64,000 nt of DNA from Candidatus Bathyarchaeota archaeon (GCA_963768425.1 CAVYHV010000010.1:32001-96000), one strand, 5' to 3'. Shown: positions 8,633 to 19,168, counted from the first letter of the stretch. A program made the numbers and translations. The notes: generated by a model from the sequence alone, not told the origin.

Positions 8633-11200
8633 TTATGGTTTCTTTCTTAGTATTAGTAGTCCGACTATGGCGATTGCGATAACGACAGCGATTACTGCAC
8701 CGGTCATATACATCATGAGGTCTGATGGCGTGGCGAAGTTTTCTGTTACTGGCGCAGGAGTTATTGTCGTTTGTGCTGCGTTGGCGCAGAATGCGGCATT
8801 GGCAGAAGATCCGTAGTACGATTGTGTGCCCCCGAAGGTTGCTGTGACCGTGAAGTTTCCAGATATAGTTGGGGTCCATGAGAGGCTATAGAATCCTGTT
8901 GGGTCGGTGGTGGCAGTGCCTATGTTATAATGGTTGCCGTTTGAATCGGTGACAGATATCGTGACTGGAACTCCTGTAACGTTGGTCGGCATTGGCTGCT
9001 GCTCATAAACGTATTGCATCCACTGAGACATGCTTGCATCCGAGACACATGGTAAACCGTTGGGGAAGTCAGATGCAACTGCATTCTGTGATGCACCGGC
9101 TGATATGTCAGTGACTGTTCCGCTTATCGTTATAGGTGCGGAGGTTGTTACGCCAACGTCAGGTGCAGTGACTGTTGTCTTGCTGGGACCCATTCCGAAT
9201 GCGTAGATTTGGTTGTCATAGCCGTTGTATCCTACGAGTTCACCGTTTGCTACTGCCATTGACACGTAAACTGCTGGAAGGCTCCACATCAATTTGCCTG
9301 TTGTAGCGTTTATAGCGTATAAGTCATATCCGCGGTACATGGGTGTAGGTGGCGTGTGCTCTGAAGGTCCGTAGTAAATGATGCCGTTTGCGATTGTTAC
9401 TCCTCCAAAGGTAGGCCAGCTTCCGAATGGAGTTTGGACTCCGCTATTGCCCTCGCTGAAAGTCCAAACGCTTGCTCCCGTTTTTACATTGAAAGCGCAG
9501 ACATCTCCTGAGTAGCCAGTGGTGTAAAGCATTCCGTAAGCTATCTGGCCAGCCCAGTCATAGTAGGACCAGTCATTTCCAGTTACGGTGTTTAGCGGTG
9601 GTGTTACGCCTGTTTCGAGTCCGGTCTTAATGTTAATGATGTGCCACTCCAGAGTTTCTCTTTGGAAGAATGCATAGTACCCGTCTCCGTATGCGTCGCC
9701 GAAGGTTAGCAGTCCAGGTATAGCTGGTCCGCCTTGTCCCCATCCAACGTTTGTCCGGTTTTCAACCCATAGTTGCGCACCTGTTGTAAGGCTGTATCCT
9801 GCATCGACAAAGACTGGGTTCGCTGTGTTTGTGTTTACTTGTCCCTCAGCAACCATTACACCATCTGGATAGTCATAGATTGACGCAGAGGGGGAGCCTA
9901 TAACTGGTGGGATAGTAACGTTCCATTGGATTCCGTTTGCCCAAGGTCGAGAAGCAACCGAGGAAGGCTCATAACTTTGCGAGTTTGCGGCAGAGATTGG
10001 ATATTGAACAGCTAAAGTTGAGTTCCACATAGCAAACCAGCCAGCCGCCTCGTTTAGGTCGTAAACCAGTATTTCACCGCTCGGACCATAAACTGGACTT
10101 AAAGCAAGCGCGCTGGGGCCGAACATTCCCATTGAAGAGATGACATTTGTGTACTTTGTTATCATTGTTCCAGTTAAAGCGTCGTACTGATACCATGTAG
10201 ACCCATCAGGTGAGACGGTCCATAGGAACGCTTGTGTCCCTGACATTAGACCAGCATCGATCGTGTAGACTTGAGCGCAAGTTATTTGTGGCATAGTAAG
10301 GTTTTGCCAGACTAGTTGTCCAGTGCGCAAGTTTACGCAGTCTACTCCTGGTAAACCTCTTACAAACATACTGCTAGGCGGGTTTATGTCGTAATACATG
10401 TAACCGTTAATTATCCATTCTGCAAGTTTGTTTTCGTAGAGGAGTCCTGTGTAGTAGTTCAATCCATAAGTGTTTCCAGCTCGTAGTGCAGATCCATTAA
10501 TTGTTCCTCCGCTTAGACCGCCGAAGGATATTGGTTTTGTCCACAATATGTGACTTGTGTTGGGTCCTTCATTCGTAGTCGGGCTACCACCATTGTAAAC
10601 TCCAGAGTTTACCCAGTTACCTGCCAAAACATACCAGTTGTCGTTTGTAGAGTATATTGGGGTTGTCCAATAACTTGTCGGAAGAGGTGTTTGGGGCCAT
10701 GGGAGCACTTGATTTGTTGTTACGTTTAGCTTCTGAACGGTACTTTGGCTTGAGTCATATGAGTAATTGCCTGGAGGCGTGCCGAAGCCTGAGAAAGCTT
10801 GTTGGTTTATCGTTAAGGCTTCGAAGTTGGCTTGGAACGAATACATGCCAGTCGTGGTGGGCGTGTAAGATATGTAAGTGTACCCGGTTGGAAGAGTTTC
10901 TGGAAGTTTTAATGTGGTTGATGTCCCTCTTGGGTCAGTTACGGTTAGAGTCATGTTCCATCCGTAAAAGGTATTTCCTGTTTGAAAAGGTGCAAGGCTT
11001 AGCCAGACAAATGCAGTGACAGGTTGATTAACCCCTACAGGGTTTGGTGAAAGATTCATGAAAGTTTCGGTTGGAAAGGTTCGTTGAATTCCAGCGGCAT
11101 TGGCAGACGGCGCAAGCATTACTGAAGCTCCTATTGATAACGTTAATATTGCTGCAATCAAAATTGCCATAGCTTTACTTTTTGGCTTTTGTATTTTCAT
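8633..11200 (-). CDS. Cell-surface PQQ-binding-like beta-propeller protein
   Basis: Signal peptide, repeated (A/L)xTGxxxW blades, C-terminal TM helix plus RKKP; paralog of 45856..48594. Confidence 0.85.
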   Translation of the reverse strand: MKIQKPKSKAMAILIAAILTLSIGASVMLAPSANAAGIQRTFPTETFMNLSPNPVGVNQPVTAFVWLSLAPFQTGNTFYGWNMTLTVTDPRGTSTTLKLPETLPTGYTYISYTPTTTGMYSFQANFEALTINQQAFSGFGTPPGNYSYDSSQSTVQKLNVTTNQVLPWPQTPLPTSYWTTPIYSTNDNWYVLAGNWVNSGVYNGGSPTTNEGPNTSHILWTKPISFGGLSGGTINGSALRAGNTYGLNYYTGLLYENKLAEWIINGYMYYDINPPSSMFVRGLPGVDCVNLRTGQLVWQNLTMPQITCAQVYTIDAGLMSGTQAFLWTVSPDGSTWYQYDALTGTMITKYTNVISSMGMFGPSALALSPVYGPSGEILVYDLNEAAGWFAMWNSTLAVQYPISAANSQSYEPSSVASRPWANGIQWNVTIPPVIGSPSASIYDYPDGVMVAEGQVNTNTANPVFVDAGYSLTTGAQLWVENRTNVGWGQGGPAIPGLLTFGDAYGDGYYAFFQRETLEWHIINIKTGLETGVTPPLNTVTGNDWSYYDWAGQIAYGMLYTTGYSGDVCAFNVKTGASVWTFSEGNSGVQTPFGSWPTFGGVTIANGIIYYGPSEHTPPTPMYRGYDLYAINATTGKLMWSLPAVYVSMAVANGELVGYNGYDNQIYAFGMGPSKTTVTAPDVGVTTSAPITISGTVTDISAGASQNAVASDFPNGLPCVSDASMSQWMQYVYEQQPMPTNVTGVPVTISVTDSNGNHYNIGTATTDPTGFYSLSWTPTISGNFTVTATFGGTQSYYGSSANAAFCANAAQTTITPAPVTENFATPSDLMMYMTGAVIAVVIAIAIVGLLILRKKP

Positions 11201-11373
11201 TTGCTTTTTTCTCCTTTTTTCTGTAAGCAGCGATTCTTTCAAGTAAGGTATTAAGCGTTTGTTAGTAGCACCTCTACTTACATTTTACAAAAATTAACAA
11301 GCGCTTTGCCATCAAAAGACTAATAGGAAGCTTGAATCGGCAAGTTGTTCTCATGCCTTGTAGCTTTCTTTTC

Positions 11374-11401
11374 CGATATATCGATTTTCGATATATATCG
11401 A
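11374..11401. promoter_or_regulatory. Tandem palindromes, putative operator
   Basis: CGATATATCG (11374-11383) and TCGATATATATCGA (11388-11401) in a divergent intergenic region. Confidence 0.45.
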
Positions 11402-11694
11402 GAAATAAAACACTGCTTTATATTAAGACTCCCTACACTGAGTTGTAGAAGAGTGTAACACATGAACAGCACAACACAAATACAAAAAAGCCAAACCGCA
11501 GATCTGTCAGATAGTCTGCCAGTATGTTTAATTTACCTCCTCAAAGGCGATAAGACTAAGACAAAAAACCGAGCGGTAAGAAATTGCGAATCCCTCAATC
11601 AAATGTGCCCTAAACGGGTTACTTTCGGTTTTTTGCATCGAGATTGTTATTAAGACCTATTTTCACTTACTTCCAACATCGCAGAGGGAGGAAA

Positions 11695-12216
11695 ATGGAA
11701 AAAATAAAGTTGCTGACACCTACAGTGCTGGCTGTGTTAATGTTGTGTGTGTTGAGTTTTTCTCCCGTGTTCGCGACTGACACGACAAAATTCAACCTTG
11801 CTTTAGAGTCAAACCAGATTCAGTACATGATACCAGCAGGAACCGTCTTCAATGGTTCAATAGCAACCACCGGCATGGTTCGCTTCTGGGTCACTGCTCC
11901 CAACGGCGCACAAATCGTCAACCTGGGCATAATAGACAAAACCAGCAGTTTCAGTTTTGACGCCCAACAGAACGGAACCTACACATTCAACTTCGAAAAC
12001 GACCTGCCCAACACGATTACCGTAACCTTCTCTTACACGTCAAACCCCCAACTCCCAAACAACACCACAAGTACACCTCCAAGCTTCATCCTAACAATAA
12101 TCACAGTAGCCGTTGTCGGAAGCTTGCTAATATTTTTCAGCATAAGACGCAAAACCAAAAAGGCAATGGCCGCCCACCAAAAAGCAGAGCTGCAAAGAAA
12201 CAATCCAGATAAGTAA
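11695..12216 (+). CDS. emp24/gp25L/p24 (GOLD-like) single-pass membrane protein
   Basis: Signal peptide; VRFWVTAPNG..FSFDAQQNGTYTFNFEN GOLD-like motif; TM helix and basic tail; GGAGG RBS. Confidence 0.65.
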   Translation: MEKIKLLTPTVLAVLMLCVLSFSPVFATDTTKFNLALESNQIQYMIPAGTVFNGSIATTGMVRFWVTAPNGAQIVNLGIIDKTSSFSFDAQQNGTYTFNFENDLPNTITVTFSYTSNPQLPNNTTSTPPSFILTIITVAVVGSLLIFFSIRRKTKKAMAAHQKAELQRNNPDK

Positions 12217-12290
12217 AACATGCGCAGGTACTCCATAAGACCAACGTGAGAAAACCCGATTGGATGAAGGAAGCTTCCTGGCTTAAACGG

Positions 12291-13680
12291 TTAGAGTTTG
12301 TTTAGTTCTTGTCTCTTGCGGTGTATGGCTGCGACTGTTGCGTTGACGTTCTTTTCCTCAACTACAAGTATGATTTGGGATGTATGCGGTGCGAAAACAC
12401 CTCTTTTGATGTTAATTCCTGAAAGCGAGCTGATTGCCATGGATGCAACGCCAGGAGAATCCTTCATCCTGTCCCCAATCAGTGTAACCACGCCTAACCC
12501 ATATTCAAACCGCATTTTCTCGTCAAACCGCTTCAATTTCTCTTCCGTCTTGCGGAGGAAATCGGCGTCCAAGAAAAGGAAATCGCGTATCCGCTCCCCT
12601 GTCTCAAGGGCTTCGGCACCCAAATCTAAAAAGTCGTTTCTCCTTTCCCAAATTCGAAGCAAATCCTCAAGCGACCGGCTCTTGTCATCGTTCATTGTCA
12701 AGATTGCGCATCCTGATTTGCCTGTTAAGCATTTGACTACTTCGCCGCCGCTGGTTTCTGCTTCAATAGTCGAGAACATTTCAGGTTCATCGATCGGCAC
12801 CACCTTTAATGGTTGCTTAAATCGTCTGGCCATGGCTATAGCTGGGCTCTGCACGATTTTCATGCCCATCATCGAGGCTTTATGAGCCTCATTGTAAGTG
12901 AGAGCTGTAACGTGCTCGGTTTTTTGTCCTCGAACCACTTTGGGGTCGGCGCTTTGCAAGGGCACGTCTTTGTAAAGCAGAGTTTGAGTTCTGTAAAGGT
13001 CTTTAAGCAGGCAAGAGATGAAAACCGCCGTTAAATCCGAACCCCCTCTTCCCAGAATGGTTTCAAGCCCATCGGATGTGGCGCCTAAAAAGCCCGCTAA
13101 ACAAAGGATTTTTCCGTCCTCCAACGGCTCGAGCAGGGTGTGGAGTCTCTTTTTGCTTGAAAGGTAGTGGGGCAAAGCGTCCTCAAAATTGTCATCCGTG
13201 ACAATTGGCCACTCTTCCATCGAAACGTGACAAGAATCTAAACTGTTGCTCTTCAAAATGTAATCCGCTCAGAGTAGCCATGGCAACTTCCCCTCCTAAA
13301 GTCAATATTCTGGCTTTGACGTTGCCACTGAAACGTTTATTTACAGAGTCAAGCGTCGCCTGCGTTAACGCCTCATAATTCGCCAGCTCCTCCAACGCCT
13401 GCTTTTGCCATTCAACGCTAACATAAGCCTTTGCCAGCTTCCTATAAACTTCGAAAACTGGTTCAAGAGGCATCGAGCAAGACTGCGCATAGGATTCCCC
13501 TATACTTATGAGGGAATCAGTCGTGCCCATCGGTGCCGAAAAAACAATTATTGGGCCAAACCCGTCTTTTTCACGGATTTCCTTTATTCGTTTGATGATT
13601 TTAGGAATTCCTTTGCCTTCAAGATCTAAAAGGCTGCCGCCGAACTTTGCCACTGAAAGAGACTTAAAACCGCATTCCAC
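12291..13680 (-). CDS. Aspartate kinase with a frameshift near 13270
   Basis: VAKFGGS in 13192..13680; LGRGGSDLTA, ADPK and a C-terminal ACT domain in 12291..13256. Confidence 0.85.
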
Positions 13681-13954
13681 CTATTAGCAAAAAGCAACTG
13701 AACTCTAGCTTTAATAATTTTCCTACATTACTCTAAATTGCTTGTTTATCATCAGGGTTTTTTATTTTGAGTGTTTTCGTTTGTATGTGCAAAAGTGCGG
13801 ATAGGTAGGCAAAGGATGTACACTTTGACGGTACAGAGAAGATATCGCCCCATGGACCAAAGCAGAAAAGGATTCAAGTGAGGGCTAAATCTTGGTTTGG
13901 AAGGAAAAAAGTAATAAATGCCGGCGATTCCAATTGGTAGAGGTTTGACTGATT

Positions 13955-14359
13955 ATGTATGATGGATACGTGTTTTTCTGCGATAAGTCTTCTTTGCAGC
14001 AATGTATTAGCAATAAACGTTACACTTGCGTAGGCGAGAAAGCCAAGCCTGAGGAACTAAAGGAGGGCTCGGTGGTTTTTCTCTATAACGCTGAAGATAA
14101 GAGTCTGCTTGGACCATTCACGACTTTGAGTGAAGGCGATGAACTGGATGCAGGCACCTGGGTTGAAAATGAAGAACACCAATACCCCTACGACGACATC
14201 AAAGTGACATGGGAAGAACTCCACGTCATCCAAAACGCGCCTGAAATGCTCCCGTTCTTAACCGATCCTAAAACATGCAAACTGTCAACTGGTCAAACGC
14301 AGCGGACTTTGGATCTTCTCAGAAAGGGGCAGCCTTACATTTCGGAAAAAAGCAGGTAG
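13955..14359 (+). CDS. DCD (development and cell death)-like, PUA/EVE-fold protein
   Basis: GYVFFC..GSVVFLYN..LLGPF..W..YP pattern matches the DCD consensus as recalled. Confidence 0.6.
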   Translation: MYDGYVFFCDKSSLQQCISNKRYTCVGEKAKPEELKEGSVVFLYNAEDKSLLGPFTTLSEGDELDAGTWVENEEHQYPYDDIKVTWEELHVIQNAPEMLPFLTDPKTCKLSTGQTQRTLDLLRKGQPYISEKSR

Positions 14360-14373
14360 GCGCAGGCTAAGGC

Positions 14374-14571
14374 TTAGGGGTCAACAAGCTTTTTGGCGTC
14401 TAAGCACAAGATTTTATGGCAGTTAGGGCAGCGAGTGAAAGTCAACTCAAAACCATTTAGCACGTCAAAGAACCTTTCCGTGTAGAGCTCGCGGTCTTTG
14501 TGGCTGCAATTTAACTTGCTTTCACTAACTAGCCCTTCTTTATCCAATTCTCCTTTCTCCAATCTAGGCAT
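14374..14571 (-). CDS. Small hypothetical Cys/His protein
   Basis: CSH...RCPNCHK, putative zinc site; ATG start. Confidence 0.55.
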   Translation of the reverse strand: MPRLEKGELDKEGLVSESKLNCSHKDRELYTERFFDVLNGFELTFTRCPNCHKILCLDAKKLVDP

Positions 14572-14705
14572 GCCGAAAACACGTTATAACCTTTATGGAA
14601 AACATCACCAACTTGTCTATTCGTTGATGCAGCAACCGAACTTCAAGAAGCAACGGTGAAATGTGAAGCGTTAAATAGAATAATTCAGCATGAATTAATC
14701 ATATC

Positions 14706-15788
14706 TTGGAGAAGCAAGACATGAAGGAAAAAGGTCCCTTATTCATTGTACCTTGGCGATGCACCTTCGAATGCGACAATAACTGCGTACACTGCACTTC
14801 ATCGGGGAAATCGGCGGTCCCAAACGAACTTAACACTGAAGATGCATTGAAAATGGTCGATCAAGTTGCAGATTTTGGTGCGAGTTTCTTCGGAATTACT
14901 GGTGGGCAACCTTTTCTGCGAAAAGATCTTTTCCAAGTTATAGCTCATGCTCGAGAGCTTGGTTTGAACGCAAGCATCATAACCGATGGACGCCGAATGG
15001 ACAAGGCAGTCTTCGACAGCCTCGTCAAGTACCAAGTTAAGATTTCAATAAGCATCGACGGCGCAAAAAAGACCAACGATGCGATCCGCGGAATTGGCGC
15101 TTACGCTGCCGCTGTTTCAGCGATAAAAAAGTTTTCAAAGGAGAAACTCCTGAACTGCCTAGTCTATACGTTTGCGAACGCTGGATCTGTTACGAACGCC
15201 AATGTAGAAGATATGCGTCACGTTCTTGATTTAGCCCGCAAATATGACGCACGCTGGGTTGTTTTCCACGGTTTGATTCCCTACAGTAAGGAAAAAGAAA
15301 ACCTGAAAGCCGACTTGACGCCGCAGCAGTACGAATGGGTATGCAATCAACTCTACGACTTGACTCTGGAGTATGGTGGCAAACCCGGAATTAACATTTA
15401 CATTCCCTTCTATGCCCGAGTGGCGAAGCAGCGAGGCATGCCTGACTTTGAAAAATGGTATAACAACTTCTTCTTAGGCAGATGTTTCTTCGGCAAATTC
15501 TTCAGTGTTGCGGAAAACGGCGACGCCATACCCTGCAGCTACAACGACGCGTACAGGCTGGGAAACGTCAAAGATATGTCGCTTAAGCAGATTTGGGATA
15601 ACATGCAAAGCAGCGAGTTCTTCGCCGAAGTCAAAGACAAAAGCAAAATCAAGGGCAAATGCGGTGTCTGCGAATACAAGGAACTCTGCGGTGGCTGCCG
15701 ATCAGCGGCGCTTTACTACTCGGGAGATATTTTAGGCTCTGACCTGCGATGCGCCTATATTCCGATTGCTTTAAGGCCAAAGAAATAG
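14706..15788 (+). CDS. Radical SAM/SPASM protein (AhbC/AhbD/NirJ-like)
   Basis: CDNNCVHC, TGGQPFLR; SPASM motifs C..GDAIPC..KCGVCEYKELCGGCR..C. Confidence 0.85.
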   Translation: MEKQDMKEKGPLFIVPWRCTFECDNNCVHCTSSGKSAVPNELNTEDALKMVDQVADFGASFFGITGGQPFLRKDLFQVIAHARELGLNASIITDGRRMDKAVFDSLVKYQVKISISIDGAKKTNDAIRGIGAYAAAVSAIKKFSKEKLLNCLVYTFANAGSVTNANVEDMRHVLDLARKYDARWVVFHGLIPYSKEKENLKADLTPQQYEWVCNQLYDLTLEYGGKPGINIYIPFYARVAKQRGMPDFEKWYNNFFLGRCFFGKFFSVAENGDAIPCSYNDAYRLGNVKDMSLKQIWDNMQSSEFFAEVKDKSKIKGKCGVCEYKELCGGCRSAALYYSGDILGSDLRCAYIPIALRPKK

Positions 15789-16026
15789 CGTAAACACTCT
15801 CACTTGGGTAAAAGAGAGGCAAAAGGAACCGCTCTTCTTTCATATTTAGCATTGCATGTTTTTAGCCGGCTGATTATTCGGCAACCTGAAATCAAGATAT
15901 CAACAACAACATCAACAACAACCAAAAACGCATTGCTGTTGACTAAGTTAATAGGAGTGGCGTGCACCCAAAAAATTAAGGAAGAGAGAGGGGATAAAAG
16001 GAATCATCTGGATGCACGTCACACGT

Positions 16027-16299
16027 TTATGAACTTCTCAAGTGTTGCCGGAAAAGGGCGCCGTAAGTTCTTCTTGACTTGTTAAAGTTTGACTGCGCGT
16101 TCGCTTTTTGGTGGAGCGATTTCTGTGAGTCTTTTCTAGTGATGAAAACTGATCCGCCGTTTTTCAGGTGTTTTTTTACTTGGAAGAAATCCACTTGGTT
16201 AGCTTCTCGAACTTCTACGTCGTCGCTAGCGTCGTTATCCAGCAAGAGGACTTGAAACATTGGTGTCTTCGTTTTTTTGTTTTCAGAAGAATTTTTCAA
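16027..16299 (-). CDS. Hypothetical protein
   Basis: 90-aa ORF collinear with the upstream operon. Confidence 0.55.
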   Translation of the reverse strand: MKNSSENKKTKTPMFQVLLLDNDASDDVEVREANQVDFFQVKKHLKNGGSVFITRKDSQKSLHQKANAQSNFNKSRRTYGALFRQHLRSS

Positions 16300-16405
16300 A
16301 TAACGTCACTTTCTCCAGATTTGAGAGTAATTATTCTTTAGTTTGATAAATTCTTAAGTCTATGTGACTGTGAAGTAACAACCACAAGCCTGAATTTTGC
16401 GCGGA

Positions 16406-17065
16406 TTATTGATGAAGGATGTAGGTGGCTACTCGCTTGTCCTCTAAAGTCTGAACGATCAGATCAGGTTTCTCTAATTCAAGCTCCTGCCTGGAATAAA
16501 CGCCTGTAAGAACTGCGACGCAGCCCATTTTGGCCGATTTAGCAGCTTTAACACCGAACAATGAGTCCTCAACAACGACGCAACATTCAGGTTTTGCGCC
16601 AAGCTTGTTCGCCGTTTTCAGGAAAATTTCTGGGTTAGGCTTTGAATGTGAAATGGAGTCAGCGGTTAGAACAACGCTAAAGTATTTTTCCAGATCTTTG
16701 GCTTTCACCAGATGGCTTATGACAGAGTAATTATTCATCGATGCCAAGCCTATCTTGATCTTGCCAAGCAACGTGTCGAGAAGCTGTCTGGCGCCTGGGA
16801 ACAGGGTTACTTGGTTGGTAAGTTCGATTTCAAGCTCGCTCTTGCGTTCAACGAGCCGTTGGACAATTTTTTCGTCATAAGTCGTTTGGGCTGACTGTAG
16901 AATGTCTCTGAAAGTTTCTGCTGCACCAATGCCGATTCTGCGTTCAATGTATTCGTCACTGACTTTAACGTTGATTTCGTCCAGCGCCTTCTGAAACGAA
17001 ACTACGATTACTTTGCGTGTGTCGCCTAAGGTGCCGTCCCAATCAAAAATGGCTGCTTCAAACAT
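16406..17065 (-). CDS. HAD-superfamily phosphatase (beta-PGM-like)
   Basis: FDWDGTL, KPNPEIF and VEDS motifs. Confidence 0.9.
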   Translation of the reverse strand: MFEAAIFDWDGTLGDTRKVIVVSFQKALDEINVKVSDEYIERRIGIGAAETFRDILQSAQTTYDEKIVQRLVERKSELEIELTNQVTLFPGARQLLDTLLGKIKIGLASMNNYSVISHLVKAKDLEKYFSVVLTADSISHSKPNPEIFLKTANKLGAKPECCVVVEDSLFGVKAAKSAKMGCVAVLTGVYSRQELELEKPDLIVQTLEDKRVATYILHQ

Positions 17066-17076
17066 GGCGGCTCAAA

Positions 17077-17883
17077 CTAGTTCAGGTTCAGTTTTTCCCT
17101 GATTTCTTGGCTTTTCTTTGTGGCTTCTTCGATAGCGCGGATCATTGCTGGGCGGATTTGGCTTTGCTCAATCTGGTAGATGGCTTCAATGGTTGTTCCG
17201 CCAGGCGTTGTGGTCATGTCCTTGATTTTGGATGGTTCCTCATGCAGGTCCAAGACTAGTTTGCCTGTTGCCATGACGGTTTGGGCAGCGCAGGTTAACG
17301 CGATGTTGCGGGGTAGCCCCACCTTTAAGCCGGCGTAGGTCAATGCCTCGACGATAATGGACATGTAGCCTGGACCGCTTCCGCTCAAAGCTGTTATTGC
17401 ATCCAAATATTTCTCGTCCAGCTCGTCACATATGCCGAACATGTTAAGTAAAGTTTTGACTTTTTCTTTGTCTGCCGCTGTAACGTTGGGTTCGCAACAG
17501 TAAGCCGTGTAGGCAGCTTGCACCATGGCGCCAAGGTTAGGCATGATTCTTACGATTCGTGCTTCAGGCGCGTTCTTTCTCAGGAACTTCAGCGGAACCG
17601 TGGCAGCAACAGAAATCAGCAATTTATCTTTAATTTCTGCGCTGATCTCCTTGAGAACCTTAGCCACATCGCCGGGCTTAACTATGATGAAAATAATGTC
17701 GGCTTGAGCAGCGGACTTCACGTTTTCAGTTGAAGTTTTGACGCCGAGGATTTCAAACTCTTTAAGTCTGTCTAAGGCAATGTCAACAGCCGTCAATTTG
17801 CCTTTGTAGCCGCCTTTAACCAGACTTTTGATTATGGCTCCACCCATCATTCCAGAGCCGATTACCGCGATTTTATCGTCCAT
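17077..17883 (-). CDS. proC: Pyrroline-5-carboxylate reductase
   Basis: IGSGMMG, RIMPN, ALSGSGPGY and TTPGGTT motifs. Confidence 0.95.
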   Translation of the reverse strand: MDDKIAVIGSGMMGGAIIKSLVKGGYKGKLTAVDIALDRLKEFEILGVKTSTENVKSAAQADIIFIIVKPGDVAKVLKEISAEIKDKLLISVAATVPLKFLRKNAPEARIVRIMPNLGAMVQAAYTAYCCEPNVTAADKEKVKTLLNMFGICDELDEKYLDAITALSGSGPGYMSIIVEALTYAGLKVGLPRNIALTCAAQTVMATGKLVLDLHEEPSKIKDMTTTPGGTTIEAIYQIEQSQIRPAMIRAIEEATKKSQEIREKLNLN

Positions 17884-17956
17884 AACTGTCTACCTTGCTG
17901 TTTTAAGGACAGTAACTTCACCCTTTAAACTTTTGTCACTTAAACAAGTTCAAAAT

Positions 17957-19168
17957 TTAAGTGCCTATCATTTCCTTGAGCAGCTTATGCATGGTTAACA
18001 CGGAAGCGTTTGTTCTAATTCCTCGAGTGTTAAAATGGGTTGGCACAGCTTGGTAGCCACCGTTGTGCAACGCGTTTGAGAAAGCTTGTGTTGAAGGCGA
18101 TGGTAAACTAAGTTTTCCGCTGAGCTTGTCAAGCAAGTAGTATGTTATCGGCGCCAAAGCCTCTTGTTTAGTTAGAGAAAGAAGTTTGGAAATTCTTGCG
18201 TTGCTTTTGAAAGCTACGGTCTTGTTTTCTTTAATCATTAATTCAATGAATTGCTGATCGAAGATGCTTCCCAACCAAAGTGGCCCTGCATAATCCATTT
18301 TTGAGCCGCATTCGGGACAGCTCAGGTTGCCGAAGGGTTGACGGGTGGTTTCCCTGTGTAGGCAGTTGAAGCAGTGCAGGATGTATCCGAGGGTTTTGAC
18401 GCTTTCGTCGGCTTTTGATGCGCCGTAGGCAATTTGGGCGTATAGCCTAATGTAGTGTTCGCTGCTGTGGCTAAAGACAACGTGAATCCCAATGTCGTGT
18501 TTTGCGGCCAATACAGCGGTGCAGCCTGCCAGAAGCCGAACTGCAAGTTCATGGCAATACTCTGTCCGCAAAGGTTTCCCGCCGTATTTTCGTATGCAGG
18601 CTTTTGAGTGTACCCCGCAGAGCGGCGCCAAGTCGGTGGCTGTTGAAGCAAGCAAACCATGGTTGCGAAGCGCTCTTAAGGCTGAACTTAAGAGGGGGGC
18701 AGGCGTGCCGAATGGATCTATGTCGACTATGTCAAAGCGTTTCTTTGGCGAGGCGTTGCAGCTTAAAACGCAGTTCGCATCCCTATGCCTTACCGTTATA
18801 ATCTTCTCGAGCCCGTTAAGTTGCACGTTGTGTTTTGCGACCTTGAAAGCCTGTTCGTTGATGTCACTGATTAAGACTCGTTTTACGCCTGCGATTTCAG
18901 CAGCGAACCGAATGCCTCGGATTCCTTGGCTAGTTAAAGGTTCACATATGCTGATTTCCCTGTTTAGTATGCGTTGATAGGCTTGGAATGAGAGAACAGT
19001 TAGGTCTCTGTTGAACTCCATGACTGGGTTGTAGAAGACTGGGGCTTTGGAAGGCGCATAATCCGAGGGAGTTACGCCGTAAGCTTCAAGTTTAGGCACT
19101 AGGACTTGCACTTTGCCTTCTCTGATTATTTCGCTTGGAAAATCTGGCGTGTAAACGGCATCGGTCAT
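17957..19168 (-). CDS. trm1: tRNA (guanine-26-N2)-dimethyltransferase
   Basis: PVFYNPVMEFNRD, DIDPFGTP, TATDLAPLCG, Zn finger and GPLWLG motifs. Confidence 0.95.
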   Translation of the reverse strand: MTDAVYTPDFPSEIIREGKVQVLVPKLEAYGVTPSDYAPSKAPVFYNPVMEFNRDLTVLSFQAYQRILNREISICEPLTSQGIRGIRFAAEIAGVKRVLISDINEQAFKVAKHNVQLNGLEKIITVRHRDANCVLSCNASPKKRFDIVDIDPFGTPAPLLSSALRALRNHGLLASTATDLAPLCGVHSKACIRKYGGKPLRTEYCHELAVRLLAGCTAVLAAKHDIGIHVVFSHSSEHYIRLYAQIAYGASKADESVKTLGYILHCFNCLHRETTRQPFGNLSCPECGSKMDYAGPLWLGSIFDQQFIELMIKENKTVAFKSNARISKLLSLTKQEALAPITYYLLDKLSGKLSLPSPSTQAFSNALHNGGYQAVPTHFNTRGIRTNASVLTMHKLLKEMIGT

